Shown here: in pieces, positions 9,535 through 18,357 of the stretch | Layout: every line of letters begins with the position of its first letter | Position numbering within the stretch: position 1 is the stretch's first letter | Source: Eubacteriales bacterium | GTDB taxonomy: Bacteria > Bacillota > Clostridia > Oscillospirales > JAAYXM01 | DNA: 64,000 bases | Direction of reading: 5' to 3' | Assembly (NCBI GenBank): GCA_045586595.1 | Contig: JAZNAQ010000035.1 | Location: 4,310-68,309 of the forward strand | Notes under the pieces: model-generated | The model's database searches: none | What the model was told of the DNA's origin: nothing | Seen by the model: only the letters and a program-made list of their open reading frames with translations | Program-made: the position numbers and the translations under genes

Positions 9535-9828
9535 TTATCTGAACAAGCGAGACCAGAAACCGCCGTTTACGGTTTCTTCGCTGTATTCTATTCCGTCAAT
9601 GGTTCCCTCGACCGCGAGCTCACCCGTTTCAAGGCTTAGGCGCTCTATGTGAAGCCCTGCACCGCGTACGGTGAGAAGCCCTCGGTTTGTATACAACACA
9701 ACAGTGTTCTCGTCAAAATTCTCAACGTCTGATACGCCTGATATGCTCATTTTCGAGCGATTTTCAATTATAATATTCTGCGGAATATCGCGCGGGATGT
9801 TTCTATCGTCAAACTGCACGAGTCGCAC
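9535..9828 (-). CDS. yabP: sporulation protein YabP
   Basis: 97-aa protein with the core MSISGVSDVENFDENTVVLYT...LTVRG typical of YabP/YqfC-type proteins. Synteny supports the call. Confidence 0.8.
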   Translation of the reverse strand: MRLVQFDDRNIPRDIPQNIIIENRSKMSISGVSDVENFDENTVVLYTNRGLLTVRGAGLHIERLSLETGELAVEGTIDGIEYSEETVNGGFWSRLFR

Positions 9829-9924
9829 CTCCGATACTTTTTCACTAAAGTATATTAGCGCAACTGCAGCTTTATTCTCAAAATGAAGTTATCTTAATAA
9901 GTTTTATCTCTAAGATATAAAAAA

Positions 9925-10167
9925 TCAGCGCACTTCTTCATACATAGTGTGCGCCTCGTCCTTACTCATATGTTCTGAAACGGCGAGCACACGTATTTTA
10001 AGACTGCGTGTACCAAAAGAAATCTCAATAATGTCGGATACCTTAACATCGTATGATGCCTTTACCGGTTTTCCGTTTACCGAGACTCTGCCGCCTGCGC
10101 AAGCTTCGCTTGCGACCGTTCTTCTTTTTATAAGTCTTGAAACCTTGAGATATTTGTCAATTCTCAT
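9925..10167 (-). CDS. yabO: S4-domain RNA-binding protein (YabO/Hsp15-like)
   Basis: MRIDKYLKVSRLIKRRTVASEACAGGRVSVNGK is a canonical S4 motif. Synteny supports the call. Confidence 0.8.
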   Translation of the reverse strand: MRIDKYLKVSRLIKRRTVASEACAGGRVSVNGKPVKASYDVKVSDIIEISFGTRSLKIRVLAVSEHMSKDEAHTMYEEVR

Positions 10168-10199
10168 AAATAACCTTCGTTATGTGTTGGTATGCTATC

Positions 10200-10225
10200 C
10201 GGGGCGAAAGCGAGCCCTCGCCCCG
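10200..10225 (-). other. GC-rich hairpin between hup and yabO (terminator-like, no U-tract)
   Basis: CGGGGCGA/TCGCCCCG stem (10200-10207/10218-10225). No T-run on either strand. Confidence 0.35.
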
Positions 10226-10251
10226 ATAATAACATTGTTGCGAAAATTAAA

Positions 10252-10527
10252 TTACTTCGCGACAGCGTCCTTAAGAGCCTTGCCAGCCTTGAATACCGGG
10301 CTCTTAGATGCCGGAATGGTAATAGTCTCTTTTGTGCGCGGGTTGCGGCCCTGACGTGCTGCACGGGACTTAACCTCAAATGCACCGAATCCTACGAGCT
10401 GAACCTTATCGCCAGCCTTGAGAGCTGCTGTGATAGACTCAACTGTTGCGTTGATAACCTTCTCAGCATCCTTCTTGGAGAGACCTGCCTTTTCAGCGAC
10501 TGCACTTACCAATTCTGTCTTGTTCAT
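10252..10527 (-). CDS. hup: DNA-binding protein HU
   Basis: MNKTELVSAVAEKAGLSKKDAEKV... and GFGAFEVKSRAARQGRNPRTKE. 91 aa. AGGAGG RBS. Confidence 0.92.
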   Translation of the reverse strand: MNKTELVSAVAEKAGLSKKDAEKVINATVESITAALKAGDKVQLVGFGAFEVKSRAARQGRNPRTKETITIPASKSPVFKAGKALKDAVAK

Positions 10528-10609
10528 CTGTTTTGCCTCCTGTTTTGTTTTTATCTAAAAGGCGTGAACATATATCCCCACCGTTTTAGTCATACCAAAA
10601 TTACATAAA

Positions 10610-11338
10610 TTAAAGCTTGTCCGCGTATTGAGCGAGAAGCTTTGGTAGCTCGCCATCGCTTCCTTCAAGCTTTTTAAACTCAGAGAGAAACCTCTCATTT
10701 CTGGCATCTAGCTCCTGCTCAGGGTTTATGCCCAAAATGCGCGAGATACGCACAACATCCATCAGGATTTCGCCTATACTCATATCTTCGCCGAGAGAAA
10801 GCTCTCTTGAAATTCTATCGGAAAGCTCCTGTATATTCTTCTGCGGAAGACCCGCCTTTTTCGCCTTGCTCTGAAGCTTCTCTGCGCGCATAAGCGACGG
10901 CAGACTTCTTGCAACTGAATCCATCGCAGAAAAGTGGGTTTTCTGGTTCTTCTCGCGTCGTTTTATATCATCCCAATTTTTAAGAACCTCATCGGCAGTA
11001 TCGGCAGATACATCTCCGAATACATGGGGATGACGCTCAATGAACTTTTTGCATACACCGTCAGCAACGTCATTTATATCAAACCTGCCGGCCTCGCTTT
11101 CAAGCTCTGCATGGAAAACGACTTGCGCAAGAACATCGCCGAGCTCTTCTCTGAGCAGAACGGGGTCGCCGTTGTCAATCGCCTCGCATGCCTCAAAAGT
11201 TTCCTCGACGAAGTTCATACGGATGCTCTTATGCGTCTGCTCGCGGTCCCACGGGCAGCCCTCATCCGAGCGAAGGATTCTCGTTATCTCAACAAGGTCC
11301 TCAAAACCGTATTTTTCTTTCCTTAAAAAATTTATCAT
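10610..11338 (-). CDS. mazG: nucleoside triphosphate pyrophosphohydrolase MazG (tandem MazG domains)
   Basis: REELGDVLAQVVFHA-type EExxD helix pair and a second degenerate domain. Position matches the B. subtilis yabN slot. Confidence 0.85.
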   Translation of the reverse strand: MINFLRKEKYGFEDLVEITRILRSDEGCPWDREQTHKSIRMNFVEETFEACEAIDNGDPVLLREELGDVLAQVVFHAELESEAGRFDINDVADGVCKKFIERHPHVFGDVSADTADEVLKNWDDIKRREKNQKTHFSAMDSVARSLPSLMRAEKLQSKAKKAGLPQKNIQELSDRISRELSLGEDMSIGEILMDVVRISRILGINPEQELDARNERFLSEFKKLEGSDGELPKLLAQYADKL

Positions 11339-11383
11339 ATTTATCGCTCTCCTGCAAGTATTTTTTTAAAATACCTAAATTTT

Positions 11384-12970
11384 TCAATCATTATTTAAAA
11401 ATTTAAATATCTTTTTATTCCCTAAAATGAGTTTTTTCTCATCTTCGCCCACTGCTCCGACAAAAAAAGCACACGTTACACATACAAAAACACCGACAAA
11501 AACGGACAAAATTGTGGAAATGTGAGGTGCAAAAGTGCTCTTTATCAAATTTTCGAATGAACGGGCAGCAACGAAAGTAGCTCCACCCATCAAGGCGGGT
11601 TTTCCAAAAATCTTTGTTATGCTAACCTCAACAAACGGGTATTTTTTAAACGCCGCGATATTCAAAACTGCGATTGTTATATAACACAGCACCGTGCTCA
11701 CCGGCGCACCATATATGTTTACATCAGGTTTCGCAACAAGCACGAGATTAGACACAATCTTTACCGTGGCGCCTATAAGCATTGAAATTACAGGTATATG
11801 CGCACGCCCCAGCGACTGATGAACTGCGCTTGTAACAGTGACAAGCGCGAGCGGCGGAATTGCCACAGCAAGGCATATAAGCATTTTAGAAGACGCTTTT
11901 ATACACTCTGCATCAACGCTTGCTCCGTACAGCAAATCAAGCACTCCGTACGAAATCGCACCCAAACCGCACGCTGCGGGAACAGCTATCATAGCAGTAA
12001 TACGAAGCCCCGAGTTTATGGTTTTATCTGCACGAATATACTCATGCCGTGCGAAGGCTGCAGACAGTGCCGGGATAAGCGATACTGCGAGTGTTGTAAT
12101 TACCGCAGACGGTAAATTAAATACAGTTGAGGCATATGTGTACGCGCCGTAAAGCCATTTTGCCCGATATTCTGAAAAACCGTTTTCTTGCAGAAGGTTC
12201 ATAACCAGAGCGCTGTCAATTACATTTGTCAGGCTTATAACTGCCGCACCCATTGTTATCGGTATCGCAAGAAGCATAAGCTCTTTAAGTATACGGCGTC
12301 GGCTTTTTCTGGAACGGGCTCTTAATGCTCTCAAATCGTCACGGCAAAACGCAAAATGTAGGGCAGACAAAAACGCTCCTGCCGTAACTCCGAGCACAGC
12401 ACCTGCTGATACCACATCTTCGTCCATGCCTATTTTTTTCAGATACCACGCCGCCGCAAGACCTATAACGAGCTTTCCGAGAGCTTCAATAACCTCAGAT
12501 ATTGCCGTGGGATACATATTTGAGCGGCCTTGAAAGTAGCCTCGGTTTATTGCCGACATAGACACAAACAGAACAGCCGGAGAAATTGCCCTTATTGATG
12601 TGGCGGCATCAGCGCTGCCCATAAAGCGCGCAAGCTGCTCTGCACCAACAAACATAAAAGCAAAACCTAAAAACCCCACAAGCGCAAACGTAAGGTATGA
12701 AACTTTGTATATTTTATACATCTCTCCGCCATCACCTGAGGCGTATGCTTCCGAAATCATCTTCGACACAGCCGCGGGAACGCCTGCGGTAGAGAGCACA
12801 AACAAAAGCGCGTAAATATTATACGCTATAGAAAAATCCGCCATACCGACAGGTCCAAGCAGACCCCCGAGCGGTATTTTATAGCACGCGCCGATTACCT
12901 TTACAACAATGCCCGCAATCGCAAGAATCGCGGCACCGTGAACAAAGCTCTGTCTTTTTTCTTTCATCAC
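11384..12970 (-). CDS. MOP-superfamily flippase (SpoVB / YabM / MurJ-like)
   Basis: 528 aa and highly hydrophobic. N-terminus FVHGAAILAIAGIVVKVIGACYKIPL is typical of this family. Synteny with yabM. Confidence 0.8.
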   Translation of the reverse strand: MMKEKRQSFVHGAAILAIAGIVVKVIGACYKIPLGGLLGPVGMADFSIAYNIYALLFVLSTAGVPAAVSKMISEAYASGDGGEMYKIYKVSYLTFALVGFLGFAFMFVGAEQLARFMGSADAATSIRAISPAVLFVSMSAINRGYFQGRSNMYPTAISEVIEALGKLVIGLAAAWYLKKIGMDEDVVSAGAVLGVTAGAFLSALHFAFCRDDLRALRARSRKSRRRILKELMLLAIPITMGAAVISLTNVIDSALVMNLLQENGFSEYRAKWLYGAYTYASTVFNLPSAVITTLAVSLIPALSAAFARHEYIRADKTINSGLRITAMIAVPAACGLGAISYGVLDLLYGASVDAECIKASSKMLICLAVAIPPLALVTVTSAVHQSLGRAHIPVISMLIGATVKIVSNLVLVAKPDVNIYGAPVSTVLCYITIAVLNIAAFKKYPFVEVSITKIFGKPALMGGATFVAARSFENLIKSTFAPHISTILSVFVGVFVCVTCAFFVGAVGEDEKKLILGNKKIFKFLNND

Positions 12971-13024
12971 ACAAACTCACATCCTAAACCTCTGATATGT
13001 GAATTTATGTAATAAGCTCGGCAT

Positions 13025-14296
13025 TTATGCTCTTACACTTCGTTTGGCACGCTCTATATCTATTGTTTTAAACTCACCGTTCTCATAGAGAATTTTGCCT
13101 GCCACCATAGTCATCACGACATCTGCGCCGTTTGCCGCATATACCGTATTGGATATTGCATTATGGCACGGAACAAGGTGTGGGCGGTCAAAATCAAGCA
13201 TTATTATATCAGCCTCAAAACCTGCTTTAATTACGCCGCAATCGCCTCTGCCCTGTGCCTTTGCCCCGTTTACTGTTGCGGCGCGCAGAGCTGTGTATGC
13301 GTCAATCGCCGTGGGGTCGTTATTTATTCCTTTATGGAGAATTGCAAACAGCTTTATCTCCTCAAACATGTCTGTGTTGTTGTTACTTGCAACTCCGTCC
13401 GTTGCAAGGGTTACATTCAGACCGTGCCTGAACATTTCGAGTACGGGCGCAACGCCTGATGCAAGCTTTAAGTTACTTACCGGGCAATGTGCAACCGAGC
13501 CACCGACGCTATTTAAGATATCCATATCGTTCTCTGTCATATAACAGCAGTGTGCAAGAAGCGGAGATGTGCCCTCAAAAAGACCTTCGGCGAAAAACTG
13601 CTCTGTCGGGGTTTTGCCGTATTTTCCAATACACTTTTCATGCTCAGCGCGAGTCTCTGATGTGTGTATCTGCAAAATAAGATTATTCTCTTTGGCAATC
13701 TCTGCCGTTCTGATGCGGCACTCGGTTTCAGAAGTGTATTCGGCATGAATGGAAATATCTGCCTGAAGCCTACCGTTGTCATACATATGCACTCTGTCAA
13801 TGAGCGACTTTGTTTCTGCCACAGACGGCATTTCTGAGAAATTTTTACCATCACCTACGATTGAGCGCGAAAGGTTTGCGCGTATTCCTGAGTTCTCTGC
13901 CACATCTGCTATCGCGTCAACAAAAAAGTAGCTGTCAGAAAAGGAAGTTGTTCCCGAGGCGAGCATCTCGGCAACAGCAAGCTCTGTCCCGGCGCGTACC
14001 GAATCGGCGCACAGCTTGTCCTCTGCAGGCCAAATATGCTCGCGAAGCCATACATCGAGCTCGCAGTCGTCAGACAGCCCGCGAAACAGTGTCATGGGCA
14101 CATGCGTATGAGTATTGATAAGCCCGGGCATAAGAAGCTTTCCTCGTGCGTCAATCCTGCGCACGAAATTGCCTTCAGGCTCTCTTGTACCCACATATTC
14201 TATCTTTCTACCTGCTATTGCAACATATGCATTTTCAAGATACGGGGCGCTATCGTCCATCGTGATAACCCGCGCATTTTCAAAAAGTATATTCAT
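13025..14296 (-). CDS. mtaD: amidohydrolase, 5-methylthioadenosine/S-adenosylhomocysteine deaminase-like
   Basis: Metal-binding LINTHTHVPMTLFRG. Start set to ATG 14296 (MNILFENARVITMDD) after AGAGGGAAG. Confidence 0.75.
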   Translation of the reverse strand: MNILFENARVITMDDSAPYLENAYVAIAGRKIEYVGTREPEGNFVRRIDARGKLLMPGLINTHTHVPMTLFRGLSDDCELDVWLREHIWPAEDKLCADSVRAGTELAVAEMLASGTTSFSDSYFFVDAIADVAENSGIRANLSRSIVGDGKNFSEMPSVAETKSLIDRVHMYDNGRLQADISIHAEYTSETECRIRTAEIAKENNLILQIHTSETRAEHEKCIGKYGKTPTEQFFAEGLFEGTSPLLAHCCYMTENDMDILNSVGGSVAHCPVSNLKLASGVAPVLEMFRHGLNVTLATDGVASNNNTDMFEEIKLFAILHKGINNDPTAIDAYTALRAATVNGAKAQGRGDCGVIKAGFEADIIMLDFDRPHLVPCHNAISNTVYAANGADVVMTMVAGKILYENGEFKTIDIERAKRSVRA

Positions 14297-14354
14297 AAAA
14301 TCTTCCCTCTGTAAATTCATATTGGCGGCGTGCAGTAACACGCCGCCAATAGCG

Positions 14355-14753
14355 TTAATCATCAAGCCTTGTGCCGCAATTTGAGCAGAAAATGCTGCCA
14401 GGCTCGTTTACTTTGCCGCATTCGTCGCATTTCTTAGCCGAAGCTTCACTCTCAAGCTGGGCGCGAAGCTCCTCAATCTGACCTTTTTTCTCATCAATCG
14501 CAAGAAGCCTTGCATCAAGCTCTTCTGTTGATGTCTCCTCATTACTGTGCGCCGCATAAATCAAGCGGCCGACTTCTTTGTAGAGAACCTCTATATCGGT
14601 TGTAAGGTCAAAAATCTTAAGATTTATCTTCGATACGTTATATACATCTTTTGCCTTTTCGCCCGCGCTTTCTGCGGTTTTTGTGGCAAATACACCCGCA
14701 GCAGTTGCCCCTGCGCAAATTTTATCCCATATACCTCTTATCTTATCATTCAT
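14355..14753 (-). CDS. zinc-ribbon domain protein with N-terminal coiled coil
   Basis: C-terminal CDECGKVNEPGSIFCSNCG (CxxC-N10-CxxC). No further family recognised. Confidence 0.6.
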   Translation of the reverse strand: MNDKIRGIWDKICAGATAAGVFATKTAESAGEKAKDVYNVSKINLKIFDLTTDIEVLYKEVGRLIYAAHSNEETSTEELDARLLAIDEKKGQIEELRAQLESEASAKKCDECGKVNEPGSIFCSNCGTRLDD

Positions 14754-14816
14754 ATAAAAAACCTCCTTAAAAATAACTCAGCTTTTATACCAGTATACTA
14801 CCATTGCACTTCAAAA

Positions 14817-15752
14817 TCAATACTTAAAGCTACCGCCGCCGATAAACTCACGAAGAAGCGAGTCCTTCGGGACAAAGTCATCAGAGAGGTCGTCAAATCC
14901 GTTTACATTCTCCATCATCTGGCACACCTCGTCATATCTTGCTATTCCTTCAGGGACACGCAACACAGCTTTTTTGAGGTGCTTTTTCAGTACTGCTACT
15001 TCATATTCATGAGTTGAGTTAATTATAATATCTGCTCTGTCCTTAAACGGCGAGATGTACATTTTTTCACCACGGCGTATGCCGTCCCATATGGCAAGCG
15101 TAAAATCCGCATCTGCACCGCGGAAGAGGTTATCACGCACGATTCTGCGAGTGATACGAGTCCATGTCCCTTTATAAAACACACTGCCGTCTCTCATAAA
15201 ATTGCTTCGGGCCGAGATATAGAGCTTTATGCCGTGTGAGCCTGCGGCTGAAGTTATATCATCATTGAGTGCATGTATTCCCTCAAAAATGACAACCTCG
15301 TTCTTCTTTAGACAAAGCGGGCTGACCGTTTTAGAACGGCGTTGGTTTTTAAAGTCAAACTTAGGGACGAGAACCTCTCTTCCTGCAGTTATATCCGCAA
15401 TGTGTTTATTGAGTAGCGGCATATCAAGACACAGCGGAGATTCATAGTCTATCTCCCCATCTTCGGTTTTCGGCGCAGTGTTGTGATCAACTGTTCTGAA
15501 ATAATCGTCAAGCGACACAGAACGCGTACCCACACCCCGGTCTTCAAGGGCGCGCTCAAGCTTGAGCGCCGTTGTGGTCTTACCTGAGCCGGAAGGGCCC
15601 GAAAGAAGAACAACACAGCTCTCCTGAACCTTTTCTGATATCTTCTTTGCGGCTGACATAACAGCCTTTTCATATGCAGCCTCGCACTCTGCAACAAAAC
15701 CGCGTGGGTCCGTTTTTATTTCAAAGTTAATCTCTTTTACGTCAAGCGCCAT
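14817..15752 (-). CDS. P-loop kinase of the uridine kinase/phosphoribulokinase-like family
   Basis: Walker A LLSGPSGSGKTT. Start set to ATG 15752, 6 nt after AGGAGGAG. Confidence 0.65.
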   Translation of the reverse strand: MALDVKEINFEIKTDPRGFVAECEAAYEKAVMSAAKKISEKVQESCVVLLSGPSGSGKTTTALKLERALEDRGVGTRSVSLDDYFRTVDHNTAPKTEDGEIDYESPLCLDMPLLNKHIADITAGREVLVPKFDFKNQRRSKTVSPLCLKKNEVVIFEGIHALNDDITSAAGSHGIKLYISARSNFMRDGSVFYKGTWTRITRRIVRDNLFRGADADFTLAIWDGIRRGEKMYISPFKDRADIIINSTHEYEVAVLKKHLKKAVLRVPEGIARYDEVCQMMENVNGFDDLSDDFVPKDSLLREFIGGGSFKY

Positions 15753-15764
15753 GCACATCTCCTC

Positions 15765-17237
15765 CTACCCCTTGAAAAAGTCAACAAGCTTCTTTGCGGT
15801 CAAATCAATCTTTTCCTCTGCATTATTGTATTCATATGGATATTTAGGGTTGAATATTCTTTCGATTCTGCCTTTTTCGCGGTCGATGAGTTTTGTTACC
15901 CCTCCCGCTCCGGCAGAAAGTATTGTGTGAAGCTCATCCATAATGTAATTATTATACGCACTCTCGCAGCCGGATTTTGAGTACCCCACGTTCTCAAGGT
16001 TTCCGGACATATATTTCTGGCGGTAAAGGTAGTACGGCACAAAACCTGCATCATTAAGCGTATGCATTGCATACTCAACCATTTTCTCCGTTACCGCACC
16101 ATCGGGAAGCATATATTTTTCACGATGGAGCTCAGACCCCTTCTTCAATGCAAGAGTGTGCACAGTTATATTCTCGGGAGAGAGCTCTGTCATTCTATCT
16201 ACCGAATTTTTAAAACTTTCAAAATCATCGCCCGGAAGCCCCGCAATCAAGTCAGTGTTTATCATAAGCCCACCAACTCTGCGTACATCTTCTATCGCAC
16301 GCACAACATCCGCCGCCGTATGACGCCTGTCCATCTGTTTCAGAATTTCATCATTCATCGTCTGTGGGTTCACGCTTATGCGCGTCGCACCCATATCACA
16401 TATGGTTTGAATTTTATCAGGCGTGAGTGTATCGGGTCTGCCTCCCTCTACCGTATATTCCTCAGCGTTTTTTACATCAAAGTTTTTTTGTATCTGCCCC
16501 ATGACAAAAGCAAGCTCGTCACATTCAAGGGCTGTGGGTGTGCCTCCGCCTATATAGACCGAGCGTAGGTTTAATCCCGCTTCCTTTGCCGCATGGCCGA
16601 GCTTTGAAAGCTCACCTGCAAGCATCTTGAGATATGGTGTGACAAGCCCTCTCGCCTTTTCTATTGAGTGGCTTACAAACGAACAATATCGGCAACGTGA
16701 CACGCAAAACGGTATGCCAACATAGAGCGACATATCCTGCCGCCCCGTATTCTCTGCCATATGCTCTGCTCGGGACGCGCACCTTACCGCAAGGCGGGCG
16801 CGCTCAGGTTCGACAAAGTAGTCGCGGCACATTGCAGAAGTTGCCGCGTCCTCCGTCATTCCCATTTTTATGTATGTTGCCGCAACCTTTGACGGTCTAA
16901 TTCCCGTAAGTGCACCCCACGCGGGAGCCTTTGGGAGAAGCGGAAGCGACGCGCGGTAGAACGATGTCTTTATCGCACGCTTTGCGCAGCGTTTTTTATC
17001 CTCTTCGTCATCAGACGGAGAAAACGAAAACTCAGCCTCGCCTCGGCTTTCCTTTCCGTTCACGTTTATTTCTGTTTCTGAAAAAAAGGTTTTATCCCGC
17101 AACACCAGTTTTGAAACTGCCCAATCGCCGCTTGTGGGTTTTTCATCTGCTATAACAGCATGTGAGTTAGGGAACAGGCACATGTAAATCTGCTGTGCGG
17201 CAAACCCGAAATCATGCCCCGAAAGTATCAGTTTCAA
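15765..17237 (-). CDS. radical SAM protein, HemZ/HemN-like coproporphyrinogen dehydrogenase family
   Basis: CVSRCRYCSF (CxxxCxxC). 490 aa. ATGA overlap with the upstream MBL gene. Confidence 0.75.
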   Translation of the reverse strand: MKLILSGHDFGFAAQQIYMCLFPNSHAVIADEKPTSGDWAVSKLVLRDKTFFSETEINVNGKESRGEAEFSFSPSDDEEDKKRCAKRAIKTSFYRASLPLLPKAPAWGALTGIRPSKVAATYIKMGMTEDAATSAMCRDYFVEPERARLAVRCASRAEHMAENTGRQDMSLYVGIPFCVSRCRYCSFVSHSIEKARGLVTPYLKMLAGELSKLGHAAKEAGLNLRSVYIGGGTPTALECDELAFVMGQIQKNFDVKNAEEYTVEGGRPDTLTPDKIQTICDMGATRISVNPQTMNDEILKQMDRRHTAADVVRAIEDVRRVGGLMINTDLIAGLPGDDFESFKNSVDRMTELSPENITVHTLALKKGSELHREKYMLPDGAVTEKMVEYAMHTLNDAGFVPYYLYRQKYMSGNLENVGYSKSGCESAYNNYIMDELHTILSAGAGGVTKLIDREKGRIERIFNPKYPYEYNNAEEKIDLTAKKLVDFFKG

Positions 17238-17863
17238 CTTCTCATCGCCTCAGCCATATACGGATTTGTCTTACGTTCATTCTCAAGTGTTGTAGCTCGC
17301 TCGTGGCCCGGCAGGACTTTATAGTCACCCGGAAGCTCATATAGCTTTTTGAGCGATTTCATTATTTCAGAATAATTGCCTCCCGCGAGGTCGCATCTGC
17401 CGCAAGTTCCCGCAAACAGGGTATCCCCCGAAAACATCACATCCTCACAAATTATGCACATACTTCCCTCGGTATGGCCGGGCGTGGGAATAAACTCAAA
17501 ATGCATATCTCCTACATCTGTCGCGCCACCGCCGACTATCTCAATATCGGCATAGAGCGGAATGAATTTGCGGCGGCGAAGCATCGTCTGGCCTGAGAGC
17601 TCAGCATCACACATTCTCTCTTTTTCAGCGGCATGTGCAACAAGCTTTGCCCCCGTTTGCTTTATAATCTCATCTGCGGCAAGAGTGTGGTCAAAGTGGG
17701 CATGGGTCAGAAATACACACTTAATCTCAACCCCAAGCTCTTTTGCCGCCGCGAGTATCCTCTCGGCATCGGCACCAGGGTCAATTACTACAGCAGCTTT
17801 GCCACTGTAAGCGATATAACAGTTTGTTCTTATAAAACCTACGACAAGCGTTTTTACATTCAT
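17234..17863 (-). CDS. MBL-fold metallo-hydrolase
   Basis: THAHFDHT (HxHxDH) motif. 209 aa. Confidence 0.8.
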   Translation of the reverse strand: MNVKTLVVGFIRTNCYIAYSGKAAVVIDPGADAERILAAAKELGVEIKCVFLTHAHFDHTLAADEIIKQTGAKLVAHAAEKERMCDAELSGQTMLRRRKFIPLYADIEIVGGGATDVGDMHFEFIPTPGHTEGSMCIICEDVMFSGDTLFAGTCGRCDLAGGNYSEIMKSLKKLYELPGDYKVLPGHERATTLENERKTNPYMAEAMRS

Positions 17864-18327
17864 TATCTATCATTTCCTCCGAATACATCCTTTGTATCCA
17901 TAACAACCGTAACAGGTCCGTCATTTACCGACTCAAGCTCCATATATGCCCCGAACACCCCTGTTTCGGTCTTATATCCTGCATCACGAAGAAGTGCAAC
18001 AAAGTATTCATATAATGGCCTTGCAAGCTCGGGGCGTGCTGCATCAACAAAGCTGGGGCGATTTCCCTTCTGCGTATTTGCATAGAGTGTAAAGTTTGAA
18101 ACAACCATCATGGACCCATTAACCTGCGAGCATGACAGATTGAGTTTTTCCTCAGAGTCTTCAAATATACGCATCATTGATATTTTCTTTGCAAGGTATT
18201 CGGCATCTGCCTCCGAGTCAGTTGTTGACACGCCCAGCAGAATAAGAAGTCCTTTTTTTATTTTCGAATGAGTTGCGCCGTCAATTTTCACCTCGGCGGA
18301 TTTTACCCGCGTAATTACAGCCCTCAC
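17863..18327 (-). CDS. dtd: D-aminoacyl-tRNA deacylase
   Basis: MRAVITRV..., SNFTLYA and GAYM motifs. Follows relA as in many Firmicutes. Confidence 0.9.
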   Translation of the reverse strand: MRAVITRVKSAEVKIDGATHSKIKKGLLILLGVSTTDSEADAEYLAKKISMMRIFEDSEEKLNLSCSQVNGSMMVVSNFTLYANTQKGNRPSFVDAARPELARPLYEYFVALLRDAGYKTETGVFGAYMELESVNDGPVTVVMDTKDVFGGNDR

Positions 18328-18357
18328 GAAATTCCCCTCCTCGGAAATGTATTTCTT

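Noticed and set aside
10200-10225. Canonical terminator after hup
   Set aside because: A GC-rich hairpin is present, but no U-tract follows on either strand. It may be a processing or stability element, or a rho-dependent site. It is reported only as a low-confidence hairpin.
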